This document shows, in pieces, positions 10,383-19,456 of a DNA stretch of 64,000 nucleotides. The position numbers were made by a program, and so were the translations under genes. Below the pieces are notes generated by a model. That model did not search any database, was not told where the DNA came from, and saw only the letters and a program-made list of their open reading frames with translations. The stretch is from assembly GCA_034429475.1 (NCBI GenBank), contig DAOUGD010000250.1, forward strand, positions 21,527 through 85,526, in the 5' to 3' direction. Positions within the stretch are counted from its first letter, which is position 1. The number at the start of each line of letters is the position of its first letter. The DNA is from Anaerolineae bacterium (lineage in GTDB: Bacteria > Chloroflexota > Anaerolineae > B4-G1 > SLSP01).

Positions 10383-11708
10383 ATGGAGAAACACGAAGAG
10401 ACGAAACTGAATTATGGCCGGACTTTTCTGATTGGGTTTGGCTTTTTTGGCATCAGTGTGATGTGGACGCTCTACAACGCCTACGTGCCCATTTTCTTGC
10501 AAGCTGGGCATCCCGCTTTCAACGCGCCGGGGGAATTGGGATTCGGGTTCAAGCCGGGGCTGACCGGCTTCATTATGACGCTCGACAACATCGCCGCCTT
10601 CTTCCTGCTGCCGTTCATCGGCGTGTGGTCGGATCGGGTGTGGACGCGCTTCGGGCGGCGGATGCCCTTCATTCTCGTGCTCGCGCCCATCTCGATTGCA
10701 GCGTTCATCTTGATTCCGGCGGCGGTGGGGATGATTCCCGTCGCATTGAACGGGCAAACGGCGCAACTGGGCAGCCAACTGGCGTTCTTTATGCTCGCCA
10801 TCGGCCTGTTCCTGCTGGCGATGGCCGGTTTCCGCACGCCCGTCATCGCGTTGATGCCCGACCTCACGCCCAGCCCGCTGCGCTCCCAGGCCAACGGCAT
10901 CATCAACATGATGGGCGGTATCGGGATGGTAGTGGCGACATTGGGCAGCGGCTTTCTCTACAAAATCGGGCGGATCGGGCCGTTCGTCTTCGGCGGCGTG
11001 TTGATGGTCGCGGCGGTGGCGATGCTGTTCTTCTTCGTCAAGGAAAAGCAGACCTTTGAGGCGATGGCCGACGAGAAGAAGGGCTTCAACGTGCTGCGCG
11101 ACCTGTATCTGGCCGTCAAACGCCTGCCGCCGGCCGGAGTGCGCAGCCTCTTCTTCCTGATGGGGGCGATTTTCTGCTGGTTTGTGGGCTACAACGCCGT
11201 CGAGACCTTTATGACCTCCTACGGCGTCAGTGAGTTGGAAATGCCGGCCAACACCGCGCCGTATCTGCTGACGGCGGCCTCACTCACGTTTCTGCTGTTC
11301 TCCGTGCCGGCGGGTTACATCGGCGCCAAGTTTGGGCGGCGGCGCGTCATCATCACCGGGCTGAGCGTGTTCGGCGTGCTGCTGCTGCTCAATTTCTTCC
11401 TGCGCAATGCCACCCTCGTCTGGCCGATCCTGGCAATTGGCGGGATGGGCTGGTCGCTGGTCAACATCAATTCGCTGCCGATGGTGGTGGATTCCGCCGC
11501 CTCCGACGCGGACGTGGGAACGTACACCGGGCTATACTACATCGCCTCGCAGTTTGCGGCGGTGGTCGGCCCCACCCTCAACGGCTACATCGTCGAGTGG
11601 TTCCATAGCGATTACAACCTCATCTTCATCGTGACGCCGTTCTTCTTCTTGATGGCGGTGCTGTGTATGCTCCAGGTGACGCGCGGCGAAGCGAAAACAG
11701 GCAACTGA
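10383..11708 (+). CDS. MFS transporter, glycoside/cation symporter-like
   Basis: About 12 predicted TM helices and MFS_2-type sequence features. RBS GGAAGGAG upstream. Confidence 0.85.
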   Translation: MEKHEETKLNYGRTFLIGFGFFGISVMWTLYNAYVPIFLQAGHPAFNAPGELGFGFKPGLTGFIMTLDNIAAFFLLPFIGVWSDRVWTRFGRRMPFILVLAPISIAAFILIPAAVGMIPVALNGQTAQLGSQLAFFMLAIGLFLLAMAGFRTPVIALMPDLTPSPLRSQANGIINMMGGIGMVVATLGSGFLYKIGRIGPFVFGGVLMVAAVAMLFFFVKEKQTFEAMADEKKGFNVLRDLYLAVKRLPPAGVRSLFFLMGAIFCWFVGYNAVETFMTSYGVSELEMPANTAPYLLTAASLTFLLFSVPAGYIGAKFGRRRVIITGLSVFGVLLLLNFFLRNATLVWPILAIGGMGWSLVNINSLPMVVDSAASDADVGTYTGLYYIASQFAAVVGPTLNGYIVEWFHSDYNLIFIVTPFFFLMAVLCMLQVTRGEAKTGN

Positions 11709-11713
11709 TTTTT

Positions 11714-11763
11714 TCTCAACGGATGGAACGGATTTTCCGTTCAATCCGCTCAATCCGTTGAGT
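11714..11763. repeat. family-A hairpin repeat element
   Basis: tctcaacggatggaacggatt ttccgttcaatccgctcaatccgttgag. Confidence 0.85.
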
Positions 11764-11781
11764 TATTTTTAGGAAAAGAAA

Positions 11782-12585
11782 ATGAAATTAGGGGCAAATT
11801 CAGTGTTGTTTGGGGCGTTTGAGTTGGAGACGGCCTTCAAGTCGCTGGCGCTGGCCGGGTATGACGGCATTGAACTTTCGGCCATTGACGGGATGAGCGA
11901 GCATCTGTTGCTGGAGCGCTGGCAGGAGCTGGCGCCGCAGATCAAGCAACTGGCGCAGACGTATGGGCTGGCGCTGCTGGCGATGGAGCAGCCCTCGCAA
12001 GACCCGGCGCGGATGGAGACGGCATTTCAGGCGGCGGTCGAGATCGGCATCCCGGTGATCAACTGCGGGCCGGGTGGCAAGGCCGGCGACGAGGCCAGTT
12101 TCCAGCAGTCGGTGGACTCACTCGGCAAGCTCGCGTTGCTGGCGGAGCGGTACGGCGTGACGTTGTGCGTCAAGGCGCACGTCGGCGCGGCGATCTGGAA
12201 CACGCCGACGACGCTGCGGTTGATGGAGGCCGTCAGTTCGCCCGCTTTTGGCATTGATATGGACCCCTCGCACATCTACCGCGCGGGCGAGAACCCGGTG
12301 GAAGCGATTGCCGCCGTCATCTCCCGCGTCAAACACGTCCACATCCGCGATTGCAAGGGCCGCCAGCACGGGCCGGGCGCGCCGGCGGATCAGGCCAACG
12401 GGCGCGGCGACATTGACTTGGTGGGCTACCTCGGCACGCTGCACCAACACGGCTACACCGGCCCGGTGGATTTGGAGATCATCGGGACGAAGGGGCAGGG
12501 CTACACGTTGGAGCAGTGCCTCACCATTGCGGCGGAATCGCGCGGGCACATGCAGGCGTGCTTGCAGGCCTGCGGCGCGCGGTGA
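11782..12585 (+). CDS. sugar phosphate isomerase/epimerase (xylose isomerase-like TIM barrel)
   Basis: Similarity to the AP endonuclease 2 / xylose isomerase-like family. Confidence 0.75.
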   Translation: MKLGANSVLFGAFELETAFKSLALAGYDGIELSAIDGMSEHLLLERWQELAPQIKQLAQTYGLALLAMEQPSQDPARMETAFQAAVEIGIPVINCGPGGKAGDEASFQQSVDSLGKLALLAERYGVTLCVKAHVGAAIWNTPTTLRLMEAVSSPAFGIDMDPSHIYRAGENPVEAIAAVISRVKHVHIRDCKGRQHGPGAPADQANGRGDIDLVGYLGTLHQHGYTGPVDLEIIGTKGQGYTLEQCLTIAAESRGHMQACLQACGAR

Positions 12586-12588
12586 TTC

Positions 12589-12657
12589 AGACGTAAAACG
12601 TAAAACGTGAAACGTGAGGCTTTTACAGATGAAGCCATCACGTTTCACGTTTTATGT
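12589..12657. repeat. family-B hairpin repeat element (ACGTRAA heptamers)
   Basis: acgtaaaacgtaaaacgtgaaacgtgagg...tcacgtttcacgttttatgtttc, lying between convergent genes. Confidence 0.85.
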
Positions 12658-12662
12658 TTCAT

Positions 12663-13256
12663 TCATTCGACAGGCGCGGTGCGCCGGTAGATGCTGTTTT
12701 CACGCGCCAGCAGGCCCGCATCCACGAGGCCGCGCCGCAGGGTCGCCACGTCGTCGTTGAATTCGACCAATACCTGGTTGACTTCGCGCTCGGTGTAGGT
12801 GCGTTCCGGCTCAAATTCCTGGACGATGTGTTCCAGAACGATCATGAATTTCTTGAGCTGCGCCGGAATCGCCTTAAGTCGTCCGTATTTGAAGAAGGTT
12901 TTCAGCACTTTCTGGCGGTAGGCGTCTTCCTCCACCTGGGCCGCGACGCCCGGCTGCGGCATAAAGACCACGTCGCGCAGGGGCTTATCCAACAGCGCGC
13001 CGGACAGGGAGTAGACCTGGTAGTACTGAGTTTTCTCCGCTGTCAGCAGCCCAACCTCGGCCAGCTTGCCCAGGTGATGCGACACCGTCGCCGCGTTCAG
13101 ATTGAGGATCGCGGCCAATTCTTCACCGTGCCGGGGCTTCATTTTCACCAAATTCAAGATCAGCAGGCGCACCGGGTGTCCGAGCGCCTTGAAGAGTTCC
13201 GCCCGCGCTTCGAGATTCTGTTCAGGCGTCAGGGGTTGCGCTATAGCTTCATTCAT
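12663..13256 (-). CDS. ArsR/SmtB-family transcriptional regulator with a C-terminal DUF2087-like domain
   Basis: wHTH LFKALGHPVRLLILNLV. The N-terminal extension of ORF 12663..13610 is low-complexity and looks spurious. The ATG at 13256 is coupled to the upstream small ORF by an ATGAATGAATGA overlap. Confidence 0.7.
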   Translation of the reverse strand: MNEAIAQPLTPEQNLEARAELFKALGHPVRLLILNLVKMKPRHGEELAAILNLNAATVSHHLGKLAEVGLLTAEKTQYYQVYSLSGALLDKPLRDVVFMPQPGVAAQVEEDAYRQKVLKTFFKYGRLKAIPAQLKKFMIVLEHIVQEFEPERTYTEREVNQVLVEFNDDVATLRRGLVDAGLLARENSIYRRTAPVE

Positions 13257-13524
13257 TCCACACACTCCTTCCCGTAATGCGTTGATAGTGGGTTGCAAAA
13301 ATGTGACGGGCGTGTTTGATGGTTTCCATCTTGATCTGCACTTTGATTTTTGCCTCAGTATCGTGCAGCGCCGTCGCCACCTCAATTTCCTGGCGCGCGT
13401 AGGCGATGATGTCCTCAGTGACCCGCCCAAAGGCCCATGCCAGCTTGTCAATGTCGGGTTGATCGGAGGCCAGCACGTCGTCAAACGCATCCAGGAAATA
13501 CTGTGATTGCAGGGTGTCATCCAT
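13249..13524 (-). CDS. hypothetical small protein (91 aa) translationally coupled to the ArsR-family gene
   Basis: Its stop overlaps the ArsR start. No family recognised. Confidence 0.4.
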   Translation of the reverse strand: MDDTLQSQYFLDAFDDVLASDQPDIDKLAWAFGRVTEDIIAYARQEIEVATALHDTEAKIKVQIKMETIKHARHIFATHYQRITGRSVWNE

Positions 13525-13766
13525 TGTTTTGTCTCCTTCTGAATTGGATTTCGGTATTTAATTAGATATACATCTAACTGGATAGTATCATATAATTTGA
13601 TATTTGTCAATGAGGTTATTGAAACCTACGCGGGCTTGTATTCATGACCGCTTGAAGTACTATAAATGCGGAGTCTAAACCTACAGCGTCTCATCCTCAT
13701 GGTAAGCGGCAAGTGGAATTGTGTAACAGTTACAGACAGAGTTCAAGCTAAGGAGGTACTCGCAAG

Positions 13767-14480
13767 ATGAACATGCACAGTCACATTGACATTACGTTTG
13801 ATTTCCGTACGGACACGCCACAAGGGAAAGACCCGGACTCCTACAGTCCAACCCTACGTTCATATCACAAACGTCTCTGGAGCAAGCCATTGCCGGGCGG
13901 CGTCGTTTTCGAGTTGGTTGACAACCCACCGGCCTATCTGTATCACGAGTCGGAGATGGGCGAATTCTTCTTGTCGAGTGATGCGGTAGTGCCTTCGTTC
14001 AGGAGAGAGTCCAAGATTGCACACATCATCGCTCAAATTCCGGTCGAGGAGTTGGACGCTTTTAACGCCATCGGCTACACGATCGGCGGCATGATGATAT
14101 TCCCGGGAAACCAAATCGGGGGCAAAAGGACGATCAACCAGGCGCGCGGATGTCATCCCCGCATTAAAGATCGCTTTGACTTCACCATGGAGTGCATCCG
14201 GCGGCATTATCTTGGGACAAAAAGCCCCTTGAGTGATGTGCTCGCGCGTTACGCCAATTTCTTCCGGTTATTCGAAGATTTCCGGGGCTACGTGGAGTTC
14301 TTTCTATTACAGGATCTCGTCGCCGAGGATTACTCCGCCGTGAAGTTCTTTACGCCTTTTGATGAGTTCAAGACATCCCCACCGCTGCCTTCATCCAAGG
14401 AAACCTATATGCTTTATAAGCAGCGGGCGGTGGAGTTTATCGAAGCGCGCAACCGCAGAATCCTTCAATCTTTGGATTAA
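13767..14480 (+). CDS. hypothetical protein, lower GC than the surroundings
   Basis: 237 aa at roughly 50% GC. No domain recognised by eye. Divergent from the ArsR-family operon. Confidence 0.5.
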   Translation: MNMHSHIDITFDFRTDTPQGKDPDSYSPTLRSYHKRLWSKPLPGGVVFELVDNPPAYLYHESEMGEFFLSSDAVVPSFRRESKIAHIIAQIPVEELDAFNAIGYTIGGMMIFPGNQIGGKRTINQARGCHPRIKDRFDFTMECIRRHYLGTKSPLSDVLARYANFFRLFEDFRGYVEFFLLQDLVAEDYSAVKFFTPFDEFKTSPPLPSSKETYMLYKQRAVEFIEARNRRILQSLD

Positions 14481-14522
14481 CGATGGTTTGAAAATGGGGT
14501 TGTTTAGCGAGAGGAGTAACCG

Positions 14523-16493
14523 ATGAAAAGGCTTCTGATGGGCTTAGTGCTATTGGCGTTGAGTTGGCCGGCGGTCGTATCCGCCGACCCGGCGCCGCCC
14601 ACTGTGGAGGGCGCGCAGGCCATCCTGGCCCCGCAGCTCAAGTGGGAGCGCGGCGGCTGCACCTCCTGGTGCGAGACCGGCTGGTATTCGTCGCCGGCGG
14701 TGGCGGATTTGGACGGCGACGGGACGCAGGAGGTCATCGCCGGCGCGTACACGATCTTCATCCTCAACGGCGAGGATGGGACGGAGCAGCGCCGCGTGGA
14801 CACGCCCGGCAGCCGCGTCTGGCCGGGCGTCGCCGTCGCCGACCTGGACAACGACGGCGACCTGGAAATCGTCACGGGGCAGGGCGACGGCTACCTCAAC
14901 GTGCTCAATCACGCGGGCGACGTCGTCTGGACGCGCCAGCCCGCCGGCAATGAATTGCGCGGGATGGGCGTGACCGACCTCGACGGCGACGGCACGCTGG
15001 AGATCGTCGTCACCTCCGCGCGCGGCAACCGGATCAACACGTGGGTCTACGAGCATGACGGGACGCTGCGCGGCGGCTGGCCGCAGCCCGCCAGCGAGGA
15101 CAGCGGCTACTCGTGGGGCGTGTACAACGCCAACGCGGCGCTGGGCGACCTCGACGGCGATGGAACCGGCGAGATCGTCGTCCCCTCGGACGTGCATTAC
15201 ATCTGCGCTTACGAGCCGAACGGGACGCCCATCCCCGCGAACGCGATGTACGGCGGCAAAGTCTGGGGCAAAGTGGGGATTTGGGAAAGTCTCGACATCG
15301 AGCTGCGCGGTTGGGGACGGTGCAATGGCGATCGCGCGGAAAGCTACCGCACGAACTTCGCCGACGGCCCGGCGGTGATCGCCGATGTGAACGGCGACCG
15401 GGTGATGGAGGTGGTGGTCACGGGCAACGTCTACGACTGCCATACCAACTATCCGCCCAGCCGTTACGTCGGCGTCTACATCTTCAACGCCGACCGCAGC
15501 CGCTTCAACGCCAGCGGTTACAATTGGGAGACGCTCCCGGTGGATACCGGCGCGCCGCTCGTCGAGAATTACAACGTCATCGAGAGCGCGCAATCGGACC
15601 CGGCGGTGGCCGATCTGGATGGCGACGGCCAGATGGAGATTTTGTTTTCCAGCTACGACGGGCGCGTCCACGCCCTCTGGCTCGACAAGACCGAGCATCA
15701 CGCCTGGCCTTATGCGGTGCATACCGGCGGCGCGTACCGTTTCGCCTCCCCGCCCACCGTGGCCGACCTGGACGCCGACGGGCACGCAGAGGTCATCTTC
15801 GCGTCGTGGGTGCAGAAGGGGAGCAATCAGACCGGGAAGCTGCACATCCTGAGCTATCAGGGGACTGTCATCCACGAGATTGACCTGCCCGTAGCGGTCG
15901 GCGGCAACACCTGGAACGGCGGACTGGCCGCGCCCACCCTCGCTAACATTGACGCGGACGCGGACCTGGAAGTGGTGTTGAACACCGCCCATTCCGGCTT
16001 TGTGGCCTACGATCTGCCCGGCACGGCCACCGCGCGCGTGTTGTGGGGCACCGCGCGCGGCAGCTATTGGCGCGACGGTTGGCTGAAACCACGCGGATCG
16101 CTCGACGGCTCCTGGAAGCGGGTGCAGCACACGCCGCTCGATCCCGGCGCGCGGTTGACGTACACCTTGCACTTGGACAATCCCGGCCCTCTCCTGCCCA
16201 ATGTCCGCCTGACGGACACACTGCCCGGCGGGTTGCATTATTTGGGCAATCTGTGGGCTTCCTCCGGCAGTTACGGGGAGGCCGGCGGCGTCATCACCTG
16301 GACGGGGGCGGTGGGCAACGGCCTCCCGGTCACACTCACGTATAACATCGCCATCACTATGAGCATCGTGCAGCCGCTGGTCATCATCAACACCGCGCAG
16401 ATTAACGACGGCCAGGGCGTTCTCCTGGAACGCACGGCGGTCGCCATCCTCAACGGCCGCTCGGTCTATCTGCCGCTGGTGTTGCGCAATTGA
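14523..16493 (+). CDS. secreted FG-GAP/VCBS beta-propeller protein with a C-terminal DUF11 domain and a YLPLVLR tail
   Basis: Signal peptide MKRLLMGLVLLALSWPAVVSA. About 8 DxDGDG FG-GAP repeats. TDTLP DUF11 motif. Ends ...NGRSVYLPLVLRN. Confidence 0.8.
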   Translation: MKRLLMGLVLLALSWPAVVSADPAPPTVEGAQAILAPQLKWERGGCTSWCETGWYSSPAVADLDGDGTQEVIAGAYTIFILNGEDGTEQRRVDTPGSRVWPGVAVADLDNDGDLEIVTGQGDGYLNVLNHAGDVVWTRQPAGNELRGMGVTDLDGDGTLEIVVTSARGNRINTWVYEHDGTLRGGWPQPASEDSGYSWGVYNANAALGDLDGDGTGEIVVPSDVHYICAYEPNGTPIPANAMYGGKVWGKVGIWESLDIELRGWGRCNGDRAESYRTNFADGPAVIADVNGDRVMEVVVTGNVYDCHTNYPPSRYVGVYIFNADRSRFNASGYNWETLPVDTGAPLVENYNVIESAQSDPAVADLDGDGQMEILFSSYDGRVHALWLDKTEHHAWPYAVHTGGAYRFASPPTVADLDADGHAEVIFASWVQKGSNQTGKLHILSYQGTVIHEIDLPVAVGGNTWNGGLAAPTLANIDADADLEVVLNTAHSGFVAYDLPGTATARVLWGTARGSYWRDGWLKPRGSLDGSWKRVQHTPLDPGARLTYTLHLDNPGPLLPNVRLTDTLPGGLHYLGNLWASSGSYGEAGGVITWTGAVGNGLPVTLTYNIAITMSIVQPLVIINTAQINDGQGVLLERTAVAILNGRSVYLPLVLRN

Positions 16494-16570
16494 GCGAAGA
16501 TTTCACGCAAAGGCGCGAAGGCGCAGAGTTTTCTTGACTATCCGACTATCTGACTATTTTCGGAGGAGAG

Positions 16571-19045
16571 ATGAGCAATCCATTGACACTTTGGTATACC
16601 CATCCCGCCGTCCATTGGACGGAAGCCTTGCCCATCGGCAACGGGCGGCTGGGCGCGATGGTGTTCGGCGGCGCGCCCGTCGAGCGGCTGCAATTGAACG
16701 AGGACACGCTCTGGTCGGGCCATCCGAAGGATTGCGATAACCCGGACGCGCTGCCGTATCTGCCGCAGGTGCGGGAGGCGGTCTTTGCCGGGGATTACGT
16801 CCGCGCCGACGAACTGATAAAACACATGCAGGGGCCGTTCAACCAGAGCTATCTGCCGCTTGGGGACTTGATCCTGGATTTCTCAACGGATTTAACGGAT
16901 GGAACGGATTCTGATCCGTTAAATCCGTTGAATCCGTTGAGCTATCGCCGCTCTCTGGATTTGGACACGGCGTTGGCGGAGACGACGTACACGGTGGATG
17001 GCGTCACCTTCACGCGGCAGGTTTTCGCTTCCGCGCCGGACGACGCCATCGTGATACGGCTGGCGTGCGACAAACCGGGCGCGTTGGCCTTCACCGTCGC
17101 CTTGAACAGCCCGCTGCATTTCCACACGACGCCTTTGCCCTCCGGGGCAGCCGCCCAACCGGGTCTGCTGATGACCGGCAAAGCGCCGCAGCACGTAGAC
17201 CCCAGCTACTTGCCGTCTGACAATCCGGTGATCTATGGGTCAACGGATTCAACGGATGGAACGGAACAGAATCCGTTAAAATCCGTTCAATCCGTTGAGG
17301 GAATGACGTTTGCCGCTTTGCTGTCGGCACGTGTGACGGGCGGCGTGGTGACATCGGAGGGCGACCGGCTGCGTGTCGCCGGTGCGGATGAGGCGGTACT
17401 GCTGTTGTGCATGGCGACGAGCTTCAATGGCTTTGACCACTCCCCCGCTTTTGAAGGCAAAGACCCGGTGACGTGCGTCGCCCACACGATGGCGGCGATT
17501 CTCGACAAGCCTTACGCCATGCTGCTACAAGCGCACCTCGATGATTACCAGCCGCTTTTCCGCCGCGTGGAATTGGACCTGGGTTCGCTCGGCAACGAGG
17601 GCTTGCCCACCGACGAGCGCATCCGGCAGTACCACGCCGCTCCCGACCCGGCGCTGGCGAGCCTGCTCTTCCAGTACGGGCGCTACCTGCTCATCGCCAG
17701 CTCCCGGCCGGGGACGCAGCCCGCCAATTTGCAGGGGATTTGGAACGACATGGTGCGCCCGCCGTGGAGCAGCAATTGGACAGTCAACATCAACACGCAG
17801 ATGAACTACTGGCCCGCCGAGGTCGCGAATCTGGTGGATTGTCACCTGCCGCTGTTCGACCTCATCCGCGCCCTGAGCGTCAACGGCGCGAAGACGGCGC
17901 GGATCAACTACGGCTGCCGGGGCTGGTGCAGCCATCACAACGCCGACGTGTGGGCGCAGTCCGCGCCGGTGGGGAACTACGGCGGCGGGCAGCCGATGTG
18001 GGCCAACTTCCCCTTGAGTGGCGCGTGGTTGTGTACGCACCTGTGGGAGCATTACGCCTTCGGCGGCGACGCGGCCTTCCTGCGCGACGTGGCCTATCCG
18101 CTGATGCAAGGCGCGGCGGAGTTCTGCCTGGACTGGCTGATTGAGGACGGCGCAGGCCATCTGGTCACGTGCCCGGCGATCTCCTGCGAGAACGAATTCG
18201 TCACCGAAGACGGCGTGACGGCGCAGACGAGTATGGCGACGACGCAGGATATGGCGATCATCGGGCAGCACCTCGCCAACTGCCTCGCCGCCGCCGGGGT
18301 GTTGGGGATTGAGGACGAGTTCACCGCGCGCGCACGCGCCGCGCTGCCGCGCCTCTACCCTTTCCAGGTGGGGCGCAAGGGCGACTTGCAGGAGTGGGCC
18401 AGGGATTGGGACAGCGCCGACCCGCACCACCGGCACATCTCGCACCTGATGGGGCTGCACCCCTTCGCGCTGATCACCGAGGGGACGCCCGCGCTGTTTG
18501 AGGCGTGCAAACGCTCGCTCGACCTGCGCGGCGACGAGAGCACGGGCTGGTCTATGGCGTGGAAGGTCAACTGCTGGGCGCGGCTCAAGGACGGCGACCG
18601 CGCGTTCAAAGTGCTGTCGCAGCTCTTCACGCCGGTGGACGCCAGCGAGGGGAACTGGCAGCGGGGCGGCGTCTATCCCAACCTGTTCGACGCGCACCCG
18701 CCCTTCCAGATTGACGGCAACTTCGGCGCGACGGCCGGCATCGCGGAGATGTTGGTGCAGAGTCACACGGGCGTCATCGAGCTACTGCCCGCGCTGCCCT
18801 CGGCCTGGCCGAACGGGAGTGTGAAGGGGTTGCGCGCGCGGGGCGGGTTTGAGGTGGACCTGGCGTGGCGGGATGGGAAGGCGACGGAGGCGACGATACG
18901 CTCGTTGTTGGGGAAGGAGTGCCGGGTAGCGGGGGGTAAGCTCAGCATCATCTGTGATGGGAAACAGGTTTTGATACAGCAGGATGGAAATGGCGGCGCA
19001 TTTTCCACCGAGGCAGGGAAAGTCTATCACGTAGCAGTGGGATAA
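16571..19045 (+). CDS. glycoside hydrolase family 95 (alpha-L-fucosidase-like) containing two in-frame repeat-element insertions
   Basis: GH95 N-terminal motifs [20 protein letters not shown] and LPLGDL. Family-A elements at 16881..16942 and 17240..17299 are translated in frame. Confidence 0.9.
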   Translation: MSNPLTLWYTHPAVHWTEALPIGNGRLGAMVFGGAPVERLQLNEDTLWSGHPKDCDNPDALPYLPQVREAVFAGDYVRADELIKHMQGPFNQSYLPLGDLILDFSTDLTDGTDSDPLNPLNPLSYRRSLDLDTALAETTYTVDGVTFTRQVFASAPDDAIVIRLACDKPGALAFTVALNSPLHFHTTPLPSGAAAQPGLLMTGKAPQHVDPSYLPSDNPVIYGSTDSTDGTEQNPLKSVQSVEGMTFAALLSARVTGGVVTSEGDRLRVAGADEAVLLLCMATSFNGFDHSPAFEGKDPVTCVAHTMAAILDKPYAMLLQAHLDDYQPLFRRVELDLGSLGNEGLPTDERIRQYHAAPDPALASLLFQYGRYLLIASSRPGTQPANLQGIWNDMVRPPWSSNWTVNINTQMNYWPAEVANLVDCHLPLFDLIRALSVNGAKTARINYGCRGWCSHHNADVWAQSAPVGNYGGGQPMWANFPLSGAWLCTHLWEHYAFGGDAAFLRDVAYPLMQGAAEFCLDWLIEDGAGHLVTCPAISCENEFVTEDGVTAQTSMATTQDMAIIGQHLANCLAAAGVLGIEDEFTARARAALPRLYPFQVGRKGDLQEWARDWDSADPHHRHISHLMGLHPFALITEGTPALFEACKRSLDLRGDESTGWSMAWKVNCWARLKDGDRAFKVLSQLFTPVDASEGNWQRGGVYPNLFDAHPPFQIDGNFGATAGIAEMLVQSHTGVIELLPALPSAWPNGSVKGLRARGGFEVDLAWRDGKATEATIRSLLGKECRVAGGKLSIICDGKQVLIQQDGNGGAFSTEAGKVYHVAVG
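16881..16942. repeat. family-A hairpin element embedded in frame in the GH95 CDS
   Basis: tctcaacggatttaacggatggaacggattctgatccgttaaatccgttgaatccgttgagc, encoding [20 protein letters not shown]. Confidence 0.85.
17240..17299. repeat. family-A hairpin element embedded in frame in the GH95 CDS
   Basis: gtcaacggattcaacggatggaacggaacagaatccgttaaaatccgttcaatccgttgag, encoding [20 protein letters not shown]. Confidence 0.85.
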
Positions 19046-19100
19046 AGTATAATGAGAGCAGGCTTGAAAGTACAGAGCAATCTCTCACAGGAGGTCAGAT

Positions 19101-19454
19101 ATGAGTGAGTATGTGGTCACACTTTCACCCCAAACGCATCAGACGTTAGCGCAACTGGCGCAAATGACGCAGCAGACCATCGAACGCCTCATCAACGAGT
19201 TGGCGGCGCAGCCGATGCTCTCTATCGAATTGCGCGCTGGCGTGCAGGGCGGCGAGCCTTGTATCCGTGGGACGCGCATCCCTGTGTGGGTATTGGCGGC
19301 CATGCACAAACAGGGCGATACCGCCGAGGATTTGTTGGAAGCTTACCCGAATCTGAACGCCGTACAAGTCTATGCCGCGTTGAGTTATTACTATGCCCAT
19401 CGCGCCGAGATAGACGCGGTGATTGCGGTACAAAATGACCAGATGGAGAAATAA
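19101..19454 (+). CDS. DUF433 domain protein
   Basis: C-terminal GGEPCIRGTRIPV signature of DUF433. Stop is 2 nt before the next ATG. Confidence 0.7.
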   Translation: MSEYVVTLSPQTHQTLAQLAQMTQQTIERLINELAAQPMLSIELRAGVQGGEPCIRGTRIPVWVLAAMHKQGDTAEDLLEAYPNLNAVQVYAALSYYYAHRAEIDAVIAVQNDQMEK

Positions 19455-19456
19455 AA

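Noticed and set aside
12663-13610. 315-aa version of the ArsR-family ORF
   Set aside because: The N-terminal 118 residues are Trp/Arg/Ser-rich low-complexity sequence and overlap the better-supported 91-aa gene in another frame. The ATG at 13256 with an ATGAATGA coupling was preferred.
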